A DNA stretch of 64,000 nucleotides, taken from contig JAZNBY010000181.1 of NCBI GenBank assembly GCA_045587325.1, positions 3,265-67,264 on the forward strand, in the 5' to 3' direction. Both the position numbers and the translations under genes were made by a program. The stretch comes from Lachnospiraceae bacterium. GTDB taxonomy: Bacteria > Bacillota > Clostridia > Lachnospirales > Lachnospiraceae. Below are positions 34,270-42,350 of this stretch, piece by piece (positions within the stretch are counted from its first letter, which is position 1; every line of letters starts with the position of its first letter). The notes beneath the pieces are model-generated. The model was not told the origin of the DNA. It did not search any database and worked only from the letters and a program-made list of their open reading frames with translations.

Positions 34270-36000
34270 ATGAAGATTGACAAGAATATCCGCCATACGA
34301 AAGAAGAACTACTTTCCTACTCCACCGCTCTCTTCCAAACTGCACTCCGGTCTCACATATCCTCCCCGGAAATGACGAAGCGTAGCTTGCTCTTCCTCTA
34401 TCTATTCGGATGGAGGTATATTACCAGGCGTCAAATATATCAGCTGTTATCATACGACACTTTATCCGAACAGTCCTTAAGGAGTGCAAGAGAGTTTATC
34501 AGTAGTTTTGTCCGGTCCGATATGATAAAGAAATACTCCGCTGATAGCGACAACAAGGACAACGATGTGTTTTCTATAACCCTTAAGGGATTAGATTTAG
34601 GCCGTGACTATTATCTTTCAGAGATACAGCGTGTTTTCGATACCAATAATGTGTTCTTTGCCAAGCATATGAGTGACCTTCTTCTCGGCGAAAGAGAGAA
34701 TATAGCGGAGTATGTGCAGATGTTTGAATCATACACTACGGAGCGCTATTCAAATAAGCGCCGTGCATCATTCCATCGTCTGTCCACCATGGATAGCTAT
34801 ATATCCTTGCTCCTTCACTTACAGCCTACATCCATATCCCAATTTGGTACTGAGGTTAAGTTTTCCCGTGGAGAGGTAGCATCGGAGGACTCCAGTTTAA
34901 TTGCTGCTACATCGGATGTGCGAAGTGACGCCATGTTTCATATGGGCATGCTTCGTAGTGGCCGTATAGCCGCTGCCACCGGGACAGATACTCAGCTTGT
35001 ATGTATAGAGCAGGATATGTCGCACCAGCGCACCGGCATCATACAGGATAAGATAGACCGCTATGTAAATCTTATTGCATTGCCACGAAATAAGCGTTAC
35101 GGGATTCCTCTCACGGTTGTTTTCACCGTCGTACCGTCAAAGCGTTCCGGAAAGCCAAGAAGCGGAACTGGTGTTCGACCTGTTGACCAAGGGTATGTCG
35201 AGGATATCACGCGTTTTTCCATTCTATATAGTAAATACATAGATAAGGATATAAATCGCATCGCTTTAGAAGAGTTTGCCAGAGGATTTGCTGACTTCTG
35301 CGGCGATGGGCCACTCTTCCATAAGCACATCAAGTTCCTTAATGACCATCTTAACGAATACGGGCCGCAGCTCCCGGTATCAAAACTTCTTGATAGACAT
35401 AAGGAACTTTCAGCGCAGGATAACGGCATTGTTGCTTTACGCAAGAAGCAATATGCCCTTTACCGCAACCGCAAGTCCACCATATTCTCCGCTGCCGCCC
35501 AGGTGCCGGGAATAGCGCAAGTGGCACGCACCGGCTTTTCCATATGTTCCACCAGCAACTACGAGCCTACTGCCCTTCTCTCCCTCTTTCCGGAGCTGTC
35601 CCGTGGACGGGACCTTCTCTCCATGGTGCTTAGCGGTACATCCGCCACCGGTATGTCGGCAGAGTTTGTTCCTTTTCATAAGTACCGCTGCCACAACGGG
35701 GTTGAGATTACCTTCCGCAATGCATACCGTATCGGTCAAGAGGTATATATCATGGAGAACATCTCAGAGGACTACTGCGGACGCTTGCGCCTTAATGCTC
35801 TACTGGAGAATGAGCCGGCACCGCATATACATTTCCTTGCAGTGTTTCCTCTGGAAGAATATGTTACCTTAACCAAGGAGCTGTTTACCGTAGCAAACGA
35901 ACGGCAGCGGGATTGCATGTATGGATGTGCGTACCGTTCCACCGAGGGCGGTGATATACGGTACATTAATCCGATCCGTATCAGCAATCTTCCATCATAG
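34270..36000 (+). CDS. Replication-relaxation-like protein (N-terminal winged-helix pattern) with C-terminal HUH-like motif, 576 aa
   Basis: SLLFLYLFGWRYITRRQIYQLL...SLRSAREFISSFVRSDMIKKY resembles the N-terminus of 52505..53380. PAPHIHFLAVF near the C-terminus is a His-hydrophobic-His motif. Confidence 0.45.
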   Translation: MKIDKNIRHTKEELLSYSTALFQTALRSHISSPEMTKRSLLFLYLFGWRYITRRQIYQLLSYDTLSEQSLRSAREFISSFVRSDMIKKYSADSDNKDNDVFSITLKGLDLGRDYYLSEIQRVFDTNNVFFAKHMSDLLLGERENIAEYVQMFESYTTERYSNKRRASFHRLSTMDSYISLLLHLQPTSISQFGTEVKFSRGEVASEDSSLIAATSDVRSDAMFHMGMLRSGRIAAATGTDTQLVCIEQDMSHQRTGIIQDKIDRYVNLIALPRNKRYGIPLTVVFTVVPSKRSGKPRSGTGVRPVDQGYVEDITRFSILYSKYIDKDINRIALEEFARGFADFCGDGPLFHKHIKFLNDHLNEYGPQLPVSKLLDRHKELSAQDNGIVALRKKQYALYRNRKSTIFSAAAQVPGIAQVARTGFSICSTSNYEPTALLSLFPELSRGRDLLSMVLSGTSATGMSAEFVPFHKYRCHNGVEITFRNAYRIGQEVYIMENISEDYCGRLRLNALLENEPAPHIHFLAVFPLEEYVTLTKELFTVANERQRDCMYGCAYRSTEGGDIRYINPIRISNLPS

Positions 36001-36010
36001 TAACACCGTG

Positions 36011-36046
36011 TCCACCATAGAGCATGTCTTTATGGTGGATTTTTTT
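36011..36046 (+). terminator. Rho-independent terminator
   Basis: TCCACCATAGAG (loop) CTTTATGGTGGA, then TTTTTTT. Confidence 0.7.
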
Positions 36047-36142
36047 ATGTCCACCGGGAACCATCCACCACCTTCTGTCCTCCCCCACCTCTCTTCCTTC
36101 ATAGTCACGCTGGGGCGTGGAGTACCCTCGAACCGCACATAA

Positions 36143-36160
36143 TACACCAAATTCTGTGTA
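36143..36160. promoter_or_regulatory. TACAC-N8-GTGTA operator copy (TACACCAAATTCTGTGTA)
   Basis: Same palindrome family as 41978 and the three copies at 45823..45894. Lies 17 bp upstream of a -35 box. Confidence 0.6.
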
Positions 36161-36176
36161 TTTTATTCATTTTTTC

Positions 36177-36205
36177 TTGACAAACTACCCTTTAGAGGGT
36201 AGTAT
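36177..36205 (+). promoter_or_regulatory. Promoter of 36212 operon
   Basis: TTGACA, 17-nt spacer, TAGTAT. Confidence 0.55.
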
Positions 36206-36235
36206 ATAAGTATGAACTACCCTTTTGAGGGTAAT
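36184..36235. promoter_or_regulatory. Two copies of palindrome ACTACCCT-N4-AGGGTA(G/A)T
   Basis: Copy 1 (36184..36203) fills the promoter spacer. Copy 2 (36216..36235) covers codons 2-8 of ORF 36212. Centre-to-centre spacing is 32 bp. Confidence 0.6.
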
Positions 36236-36667
36236 AAGAAAGCGAGGAGAATGCTCATGGTATATTATAAAATGATGACCACCGGTTCAGACGATTTCAC
36301 AACTAAGAGATGGTATGCTGTTCAGCTTAAAGAAGGGACTGTTATTATCAATAACGAAGGTGAGGATGCCGATTGCGATGTTATTTATGCTATACGCATG
36401 GATACCGAGACTGTTGCCATCGGGGATTTATTAAATCATTTATTGGCAATGAATAAGGAAGATGTGGAAACTGTTTTATCCGCAGATGCTTTTTTGGAAA
36501 AGCTTTTCTATTGCTATCTGCAGAATCCGATGTGTAATAAAGAGTTCCGTCAAAAGCTGGAGGATATACGGAAAAGAGCAGATAATTCCGTCGAAACAGA
36601 GAGTGACGCAATCGATGTTACCGGGATTTCGCGTTTGTGGACTGTGATGGAGCTATTGAAAGGTTAG
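36212..36667 (+). CDS. Hypothetical protein, 151 aa
   Basis: ORF directly after the promoter/operator pair. Confidence 0.55.
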   Translation: MNYPFEGNKKARRMLMVYYKMMTTGSDDFTTKRWYAVQLKEGTVIINNEGEDADCDVIYAIRMDTETVAIGDLLNHLLAMNKEDVETVLSADAFLEKLFYCYLQNPMCNKEFRQKLEDIRKRADNSVETESDAIDVTGISRLWTVMELLKG

Positions 36668-36677
36668 GTGATATGTG

Positions 36678-37790
36678 ATGTTGAAGAAAGTGATTTCCAT
36701 TGAATCCGGGGAAGAGGTAATCGTGGATACTGACAAGGCAGCGGTATACTCCTACAGTAACCGGCAGCGGCGCATCGTGAAGAGTGCGGAGATATATGAA
36801 GATGGTCGGCCGAGCGGTTTCTTTACCACATACATAGAGGTAGGAACCGTGGGTAACATCAGGGACCGTCTCAGTACATGGGATAATGCATTAAAGCTTG
36901 CCTATGCTCATGGTGCGGACTTTGATTCCACCGATGATCCGGATGGTTCCAAGTACGATGCCTTCATTCGCTCCATCGAGGAGAACCAGGACAAATACTT
37001 TGACGAGTATGGGGATTTCCTTCCGGCGTACACCGTGGATGTGAAAGGGCTTGTCAATGCCGGTTTCTACTCTGAGGAGCCGCTTGTACCGATGGGGTAT
37101 CTTCCTCTTGCAGATTACTGTAAAAAGCATGGACTTGATATGCGGAATGTGCGCCGTAAACTGGCAGAGGGCAAGATGAACGGTATAAAGCAGGCAAACA
37201 GTTGGTTTTTGCCGGAGGATGAGCCGTACCATGTTCGTATGTTGCGCACAATTGATAGAAAAACGGAAAGAAATAGAGAAGTGACGATAACACAATATGC
37301 TTTTGAGGAATATTTAAGAGAGGGACGACTTCAAACAGAGGACTCTACCGCTGTATTCGCCTGCTATAGCCGTATTATAGGGCGCCTTAGTATTCTGGAT
37401 TGTTGGAAGAAAAAGAAGACGGACGATGATGTGCGCCCATTTCTTGAGGTTTTATCAAATATTGAAGAAAACGGTGAACCAACCGCCAAGGCAGCCCTTA
37501 ATTACATAGACCATGTCGGAGCATACAGCCGGGCAAAACACAAGGGGATGATTTTTGCCGAATATGATTATTTCGACAGTTTCGTCGGAAAGGAAGAATA
37601 TAACCAGCTTCTTTCTTATGTAGATAAGGTCGATGAGGCGTTTGTTGAAGAATTTAACGCAAAGGAAATGGAATTCGCAAAGAAGTACGGTTCATCTGAG
37701 CGTGCAAGAAAATTGGTTTACGGGGGAAATGCAGAAAAGGCGAGTAAGATTATTATAGAAATGTTGGAGCGGATTTTCCAAGTCAAGTAA
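36678..37790 (+). CDS. Hypothetical protein, 370 aa, with an internal HTH-like segment
   Basis: LADYCKKHGLDMRNVRRKLAEGKMNGIKQANSWFL looks like an excisionase/MerR-type HTH. Otherwise unknown. Confidence 0.55.
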   Translation: MLKKVISIESGEEVIVDTDKAAVYSYSNRQRRIVKSAEIYEDGRPSGFFTTYIEVGTVGNIRDRLSTWDNALKLAYAHGADFDSTDDPDGSKYDAFIRSIEENQDKYFDEYGDFLPAYTVDVKGLVNAGFYSEEPLVPMGYLPLADYCKKHGLDMRNVRRKLAEGKMNGIKQANSWFLPEDEPYHVRMLRTIDRKTERNREVTITQYAFEEYLREGRLQTEDSTAVFACYSRIIGRLSILDCWKKKKTDDDVRPFLEVLSNIEENGEPTAKAALNYIDHVGAYSRAKHKGMIFAEYDYFDSFVGKEEYNQLLSYVDKVDEAFVEEFNAKEMEFAKKYGSSERARKLVYGGNAEKASKIIIEMLERIFQVK

Positions 37791-37823
37791 AAACAAAATC
37801 ACGGTATGGAAGAAAAACAAAGG

Positions 37824-37848
37824 AAGGCAACCGCTCATTGGTTGCCTT
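37824..37848. terminator. Bidirectional terminator
   Basis: AAGGCAACC (loop) GGTTGCCTT. Overlaps the 3' end of the minus-strand gene. Confidence 0.6.
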
Positions 37849-38173
37849 TTGCTTCGTTTATCAGAGCATACATGTTCCGGCTTAACTCCCGGAGCTTCCA
37901 CAGTTTTTCCTCATGCTCCTTCATCTTCTCATCCGCCCACCGGACAAATGCCGCTGCCGCTGCTGAATCATCCTTTTCACACAGCCAAACGGCATTGTTC
38001 CGGACTTCCCCTTCCCTGGCTGATACCTGGCATCTCTTTATGCGTCCGCTACCGGTATGGATTCCGAACACCCCTATTTCCTCATTTACCGCATTTACGG
38101 TCCCCTCATATACCGTCATACTACCATTTATAGCCTTGTACAGATAGGCTTTTACTTCTTTACGTGCTCTCAT
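37835..38173 (-). CDS. Hypothetical protein, 112 aa (last gene of minus-strand small-gene operon)
   Basis: Start moved to MRARKEV (RBS GGAAAGGAGAAAC). Confidence 0.55.
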   Translation of the reverse strand: MRARKEVKAYLYKAINGSMTVYEGTVNAVNEEIGVFGIHTGSGRIKRCQVSAREGEVRNNAVWLCEKDDSAAAAAFVRWADEKMKEHEEKLWKLRELSRNMYALINEAKGNQ

Positions 38174-38201
38174 TGTTTCTCCTTTCCGTGTGGCAGCGGG
38201 A

Positions 38202-38436
38202 TTACTCCCTCTGCCAGCTGATGCGGTTTCCATTGGCAAGCTCCACCGTGTTAGAGTGTATCCGGCGCACTCCACCGCAGGCGATTCCAAGCTTTCTTGC
38301 AATCTCGTCATCGGTCTTTACAGAGATTTCTCCGTATATCCCCCCGGTACACCCTGGCATTCCGCCTTGAAATCACTCTGCGCCCCTTTGCCGCTGCCAT
38401 ATCGTGCAAAATAAAGGCATAATTTGAATACTCCAT
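38202..38436 (-). pseudogene. Small HTH (sigma-70 region-4-like) gene split by a frameshift at a C6/G6 tract
   Basis: ORF A 38436..38308 (MEYSNYAFILHDMAAAKGRRVISRRNARVYRG...) has AGGAGGG 8 nt upstream. ORF B 38360..38202 (..IYGEISVKTDDEIARKLGIACGGVRRIHSNTVELANG..) has no RBS. Removing one C from CCCCCC at 38340..38345 fuses them into 77 aa. Confidence 0.45.
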
Positions 38437-38451
38437 AGGTAAATCCCTCCT

Positions 38452-38739
38452 TTAATCATAGATATATGCCACTCCATCGGAGCGTTCCTTCCCGGACTGC
38501 CCCCACTGGAACTGATACTTTCTGCTGTCACCGTTAAGATTCCAGTTCAATGTTTCCTTCAAATCATCCATGTTAAGGAACTGCGTAATTCCCCGTTCCT
38601 TGATTCTCTGCTCTGTCCAATATGACTGCGTTCTATTGTCAAATACGGATACGGTCCGTATTTTCCGGGACTCCTTATTGCTTTCCACCCGGACAACCAG
38701 CTTTGCCCCGCTTATAGCCTTTCTTCTCACAGTAGACAC
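38452..38739 (-). CDS. Hypothetical protein, 95 aa
   Basis: GTG start after GGTGGAAG. Overlaps the upstream gene end by 13 nt. Confidence 0.5.
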   Translation of the reverse strand: MSTVRRKAISGAKLVVRVESNKESRKIRTVSVFDNRTQSYWTEQRIKERGITQFLNMDDLKETLNWNLNGDSRKYQFQWGQSGKERSDGVAYIYD

Positions 38740-38966
38740 CTTCTTTCTTCCACCATATTACTCAGCTTCTCTTGAATCAGCTTCCTGCTTGCTCCGTTGA
38801 TCCGCGGGAAATCTTTCAGGATGGCAGCGGCGGTCTTTAGTTCTTTTGCCGTGGCATCTCTCAAAGCCGCCTTGTATTCCTTATAGCTTGTTGGGTACCG
38901 GCAGAGGATTTCCACGATGGAACCCTCTGCCGCCTGCTCATATACTCTTTTTATGAATGGTGTCAT
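38727..38966 (-). CDS. Hypothetical protein, 79 aa
   Basis: Start moved to MTPFIKR (RBS AAAGGTGGG). Confidence 0.5.
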   Translation of the reverse strand: MTPFIKRVYEQAAEGSIVEILCRYPTSYKEYKAALRDATAKELKTAAAILKDFPRINGASRKLIQEKLSNMVEERRCLL

Positions 38967-39122
38967 ACCGTCCCACCTTTCTTTCCGTTTGCCTGTGCCT
39001 CTAAGATACCATACTCTTCCTCCAGGGTACAACAAATTCTGCAAATGCACTGTAGTTCGCTTACAACCGGCAGCGCAGTTGTTACCGCCCTACCACATCG
39101 CTTACAGCTAACAACGGCCAAT

Positions 39123-39461
39123 TTAACGCCCTTTTTCATGTAGTTTCACCCTTTCCCTTTCTTCTAACCATTCCTCAATGCTTTCATACCGGTTCTTTAC
39201 AGCTACATTCTCGTTTAAGTGATTCACGATATGTAAGAGTGCCGCTGCCATGCTTTGGTATCTACGGTTCCAACTCTCATTCGTACCGGCAACCGTACCT
39301 TCCAAGACAAACTTAAGCGGTGCGCACTCCGCATCCTCTTCCCGGCGCAAGGTAAACTCCCATTCCTTACCGGACATTTCCACGGCGAAGGAGTCCGACT
39401 CCCCCGCCTTCCAAAGATGTTCCTCTCTTAATAACTGCTCAACATACTCTTTTCTCAACAT
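39123..39461 (-). CDS. Hypothetical protein, 112 aa
   Basis: Co-directional ORF in a tight operon. Confidence 0.55.
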   Translation of the reverse strand: MLRKEYVEQLLREEHLWKAGESDSFAVEMSGKEWEFTLRREEDAECAPLKFVLEGTVAGTNESWNRRYQSMAAALLHIVNHLNENVAVKNRYESIEEWLEERERVKLHEKGR

Positions 39462-39471
39462 GCTCTTCTCC

Positions 39472-39741
39472 TTATCTTGTCATGTAGGCTACTCGCCATT
39501 TATGGAACCGCTCCGCAATCTCATCTTCGCCCAGCTTTAATCTGGCGTCATTATGCTTCACTTTCAGCTCCGCATAGAATTCCGGGAGATTTCGTCCACC
39601 CTCGCAAGTCCCTCTTTCAATTTCCGTACACACCGACTTATTGAATGCCGGGTACCCATGCTTCCAAAGGTTTCCGTCCCAATCAAGCAAAATGGTGTCG
39701 ATTGGTGTCCGGTAAACTACATACTCTGCCGTTCTTGCCAT
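39472..39741 (-). CDS. Hypothetical protein, 89 aa
   Basis: Start moved to MARTAEY (RBS GAAGGAGAAG). Confidence 0.5.
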   Translation of the reverse strand: MARTAEYVVYRTPIDTILLDWDGNLWKHGYPAFNKSVCTEIERGTCEGGRNLPEFYAELKVKHNDARLKLGEDEIAERFHKWRVAYMTR

Positions 39742-39742
39742 T

Positions 39743-39970
39743 TTAATTACTTCTCCTTCGCTTTTTATCTTTATATGCCGCCAGTTTGTCACATATAGGG
39801 CTTGTTGCCAGCCATATCACGGGAATAAACAGTACCATGATAACATTGTCTACAACGCTATCCTGTATCTGACCTGTTATCAGCTTTTCAAGTCCTATCC
39901 ATAAAATGCAAAGGATATAGGATATAAGTAGGGTGCATAGCATCCTTAGCTGTAAATTCTTGCCCTTCAT
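39743..39970 (-). CDS. Small two-TM membrane protein, 75 aa
   Basis: RBS AAGGAGGG. Two hydrophobic helices. Confidence 0.55.
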   Translation of the reverse strand: MKGKNLQLRMLCTLLISYILCILWIGLEKLITGQIQDSVVDNVIMVLFIPVIWLATSPICDKLAAYKDKKRRRSN

Positions 39971-39987
39971 CTGTCACCCTCCTTATA

Positions 39988-40323
39988 TCAGTCTAACCGG
40001 AACACATATCCTCGACGGATTCTTACCATCTGTATCTCCTGATCCGGATAGAAATACTTTAAAATCTCCTTTGCTTCGGCGTGGTTCTTTGCATAGATAC
40101 TGTCTATTGTCTCCCACATACGCTTTCCGCCCCTGTTTAATTTGCCCGTAGGACGCTTCAAATCCCAAAGCCATAGTATTCCTAACCTTTGCCCGGAAAA
40201 GTCCTCTGTGCCCCGTTTCAGGACGGTTGCGCCGCCATTTTCTATCAGTTCGTCGTAAGGAACCTCGAAGTAGTCCTCCGAGAGTTCCTTTTTCTTGCCG
40301 ACATAGTACCTTCTGGCGCCCAT
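39988..40323 (-). CDS. Hypothetical protein, 111 aa
   Basis: Start moved to MGARRYY (RBS GGAGGTG). Confidence 0.55.
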   Translation of the reverse strand: MGARRYYVGKKKELSEDYFEVPYDELIENGGATVLKRGTEDFSGQRLGILWLWDLKRPTGKLNRGGKRMWETIDSIYAKNHAEAKEILKYFYPDQEIQMVRIRRGYVFRLD

Positions 40324-40327
40324 ACCG

Positions 40328-40657
40328 TCACCTCCAGTCCTTCCAAGTCTTATCATCCACGAACACCGGATTACTGTTCCAGAAATCGTACATCTGCTGA
40401 ATAATGTCGGCATCAACTTCCGCTATGCTGTCACTGTAGTCCTTATCGTAGTCAATCTCGTTGCCGTCTGCATCAAAGCCAATCATATCCATCGGCTTCG
40501 TGTAGCACCAATAGGAATCCTCACACATTGCCTCTCTCTTCCCTTCATCGTTGACCGAAATATTAGGGTAGAGCTTCTTGTCTCCGTCCTCGACCTCGCA
40601 CTCCAGGGATAAATACGGGTAAATAATTGCCACAGTTCTGTACTTTGTAATCTTCAT
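40328..40657 (-). CDS. Hypothetical protein, 109 aa
   Basis: Start moved to MKITKYR (RBS AAAAGGAGAAAC). Confidence 0.55.
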   Translation of the reverse strand: MKITKYRTVAIIYPYLSLECEVEDGDKKLYPNISVNDEGKREAMCEDSYWCYTKPMDMIGFDADGNEIDYDKDYSDSIAEVDADIIQQMYDFWNSNPVFVDDKTWKDWR

Positions 40658-40679
40658 ATATGTTTCTCCTTTTCTTTTA

Positions 40680-41444
40680 TTATTCAAGTGTGATTTTTTC
40701 TTCAGCAATCAGAGATTTGATTGCGTTCCATTTGGCTCTGACGCTATCTGCTACAAGAGTATGTCCGCCAATTCCATATTCCCAAGACCAACTGTTTCCA
40801 TTCTTATACCATGTGGTACATGTATGGTTCTTTCCCTTAGTGATCCGAAACATGGTCTCATTTCCTTCAAAAAGGCCAGTCATAATCATGTCCATTTCCT
40901 TATTTTCCTTAACCTTCAATAAAACAAAGGCAGGTTCATCGAAAATCTCTACGCAATCTCTTAAGCGTACCGTTTTAAGTGGAGCTTTCTCCGAAGCATG
41001 TCCTTCCAGTTCCAACATTTCCTCTGCAATCTGCTTCTTGGTTCCGTAAACGGAACATCCATCGGTATCGTACTTAGCAAGAATATTACGGATAATGGTC
41101 TCTTCCTCTTCTGCAAACACATATCCTTCGCATAAGCTGTACTTTCCGTCACCATGGTCATACATGATACCGCAGATTTTCGGTTCGTCATCTTCCTCGA
41201 TTACTCCCGCCTTTTTCAAAGCGGCGTCGCTCCAGATATGGTCTCCGTCCGCATTGAAATTGTACTCCGGGTACAAATCTCCCATGTTTAAGCCTTCCTC
41301 GAACCATACATGGTCGCTGATTTCAGGAATGTCCACAATTACATGGTCTGCATATACTTCCTTAATTGCTCCTTTATGCAGAACTCCGTCCATCCGACAC
41401 CGTACCGCATCTCCTACCTTCCATAAATGAGTTAAATTTGCCAT
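40680..41444 (-). CDS. Hypothetical protein, 254 aa
   Basis: RBS GAGGAGG. The N-terminus WKVGDAVRCRMDGVLHKGAIKEVYADHVIVDI looks like a small beta-barrel (Tudor/SH3-like) segment. Confidence 0.6.
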   Translation of the reverse strand: MANLTHLWKVGDAVRCRMDGVLHKGAIKEVYADHVIVDIPEISDHVWFEEGLNMGDLYPEYNFNADGDHIWSDAALKKAGVIEEDDEPKICGIMYDHGDGKYSLCEGYVFAEEEETIIRNILAKYDTDGCSVYGTKKQIAEEMLELEGHASEKAPLKTVRLRDCVEIFDEPAFVLLKVKENKEMDMIMTGLFEGNETMFRITKGKNHTCTTWYKNGNSWSWEYGIGGHTLVADSVRAKWNAIKSLIAEEKITLE

Positions 41445-41716
41445 GCCTTCTGTTCCTCCTCGTTATCGTATTTTAGTGGATATTTGCTGAAATCAAGATA
41501 CTTCTCCTCATAGGCTATCGGTATAAACTCTCTGAAATCGTCATAATACCATGCCGTAAAGAGCCTTGTTCCAAGTGTTGCCTTCTCCCTTGCCGCTTCC
41601 CTGAATGCGTCGGAGAGCGACATATTGTGGGATTCCATATTCTCTCTCACACGAGCCAGTACCTTTTTGGGTACCTTCTTTTTAATATCAGCCTCGTCAA
41701 ATCTTGTTAAGCTCAT
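41432..41716 (-). CDS. Hypothetical protein, 94 aa
   Basis: RBS GGAAGGAGGG. Confidence 0.55.
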   Translation of the reverse strand: MSLTRFDEADIKKKVPKKVLARVRENMESHNMSLSDAFREAAREKATLGTRLFTAWYYDDFREFIPIAYEEKYLDFSKYPLKYDNEEEQKAWQI

Positions 41717-41730
41717 CGCGTCCCTCCTTC

Positions 41731-41895
41731 CTATCTGTTATCAAACGGTACCTTTGCGTTCCAATCGTAGGATTGGTAAAGGTCCATTAACTGCCCTACC
41801 GTGCTCATTGCCAGCTCCGGAGTTGCCCCCGCTGCCACTACGGAGTTTAGATATTCGTTCCATGTCATTCTGTCTTCACCTTCTTTCTTACTCAT
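41731..41895 (-). CDS. Unlisted 54-aa ORF, first gene of the minus-strand operon
   Basis: AAGGAGG, 7 nt, ATG. Translation MSKKEGEDRMTWNEYLNSVVAAGATPELAMSTVGQLMDLYQSYDWNAKVPFDNR. Confidence 0.5.
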   Translation of the reverse strand: MSKKEGEDRMTWNEYLNSVVAAGATPELAMSTVGQLMDLYQSYDWNAKVPFDNR

Positions 41896-41939
41896 TTCTC
41901 GCCTCCTTGATATTTACATACTGTAAACCTTATAGGTAC

Positions 41940-41968
41940 ATTATAATATATTGGTAGCAATATATCAA
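41940..41968 (-). promoter_or_regulatory. Promoter of minus-strand small-gene operon
   Basis: On the minus strand: TTGATA, 17-nt spacer, TATAAT. Confidence 0.7.
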
Positions 41969-41977
41969 TGTACAAAT

Positions 41978-41995
41978 TACACAAAATTCTGTGTA
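41978..41995. promoter_or_regulatory. TACACA-N6-TGTGTA operator copy (TACACAAAATTCTGTGTA)
   Basis: Perfect 6-bp arms, located between divergent promoters. Confidence 0.65.
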
Positions 41996-42016
41996 GTTTT
42001 TTGTGCACTTTATATA

Positions 42017-42045
42017 TTGATAGCAATATATAATAGAGTTATAAT
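42017..42045 (+). promoter_or_regulatory. Promoter of RHH gene
   Basis: TTGATA, 17-nt spacer, TATAAT. It lies within a 22-nt direct repeat of the opposing promoter region (TATTGRTAGCAATATATMAAT at 41949 and 42014). Confidence 0.7.
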
Positions 42046-42085
42046 GCGATACATAAAGGTCTATTGTTTTGAATGGAGGGATTGT

Positions 42086-42283
42086 ATGGGTACGAGTCAG
42101 GGATACTCCCAGGCGCAGAATAAAGCGACGCAGAAATATGTGAAGAACAATTATGATACTATAACGGTACGGGTGCCAAAGGGACGCCGGAAAGAACTCG
42201 CTGATTTTGCAGAGCGGCATGGCTTTACTTCATTGAATGGTTTTATTACAAGTGCGATTGAACATTATATAAGTGAACTGTAA
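42086..42283 (+). CDS. Ribbon-helix-helix (CopG/Arc-like) DNA-binding protein, 65 aa
   Basis: ATG after GGAGGG. DTITVRVPKGRRKELADFAERHGFTSLNGFITSAIEHYI has the beta-strand plus two-helix pattern. Confidence 0.7.
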   Translation: MGTSQGYSQAQNKATQKYVKNNYDTITVRVPKGRRKELADFAERHGFTSLNGFITSAIEHYISEL

Positions 42284-42287
42284 ACAG

Positions 42288-42331
42288 AAAAACACCTCCG
42301 TCCCACTATCGGAACAACGGAGGTGTTTTTT
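42288..42331. terminator. Bidirectional terminator
   Basis: AAAAACACCTCCGT (15-nt loop) ACGGAGGTGTTTTT. Confidence 0.75.
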
Positions 42332-42350
42332 GCAACATGGATATTCTATT

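Noticed and set aside
37806-38414. Several plus-strand ORFs (37806..38147, 37849..38133, 38164..38370, 38190..38414)
   Set aside because: They are antisense shadows of minus-strand genes that have strong RBSs and operon context. Their products are Pro/Ser/Leu-rich low-complexity sequences without start signals.
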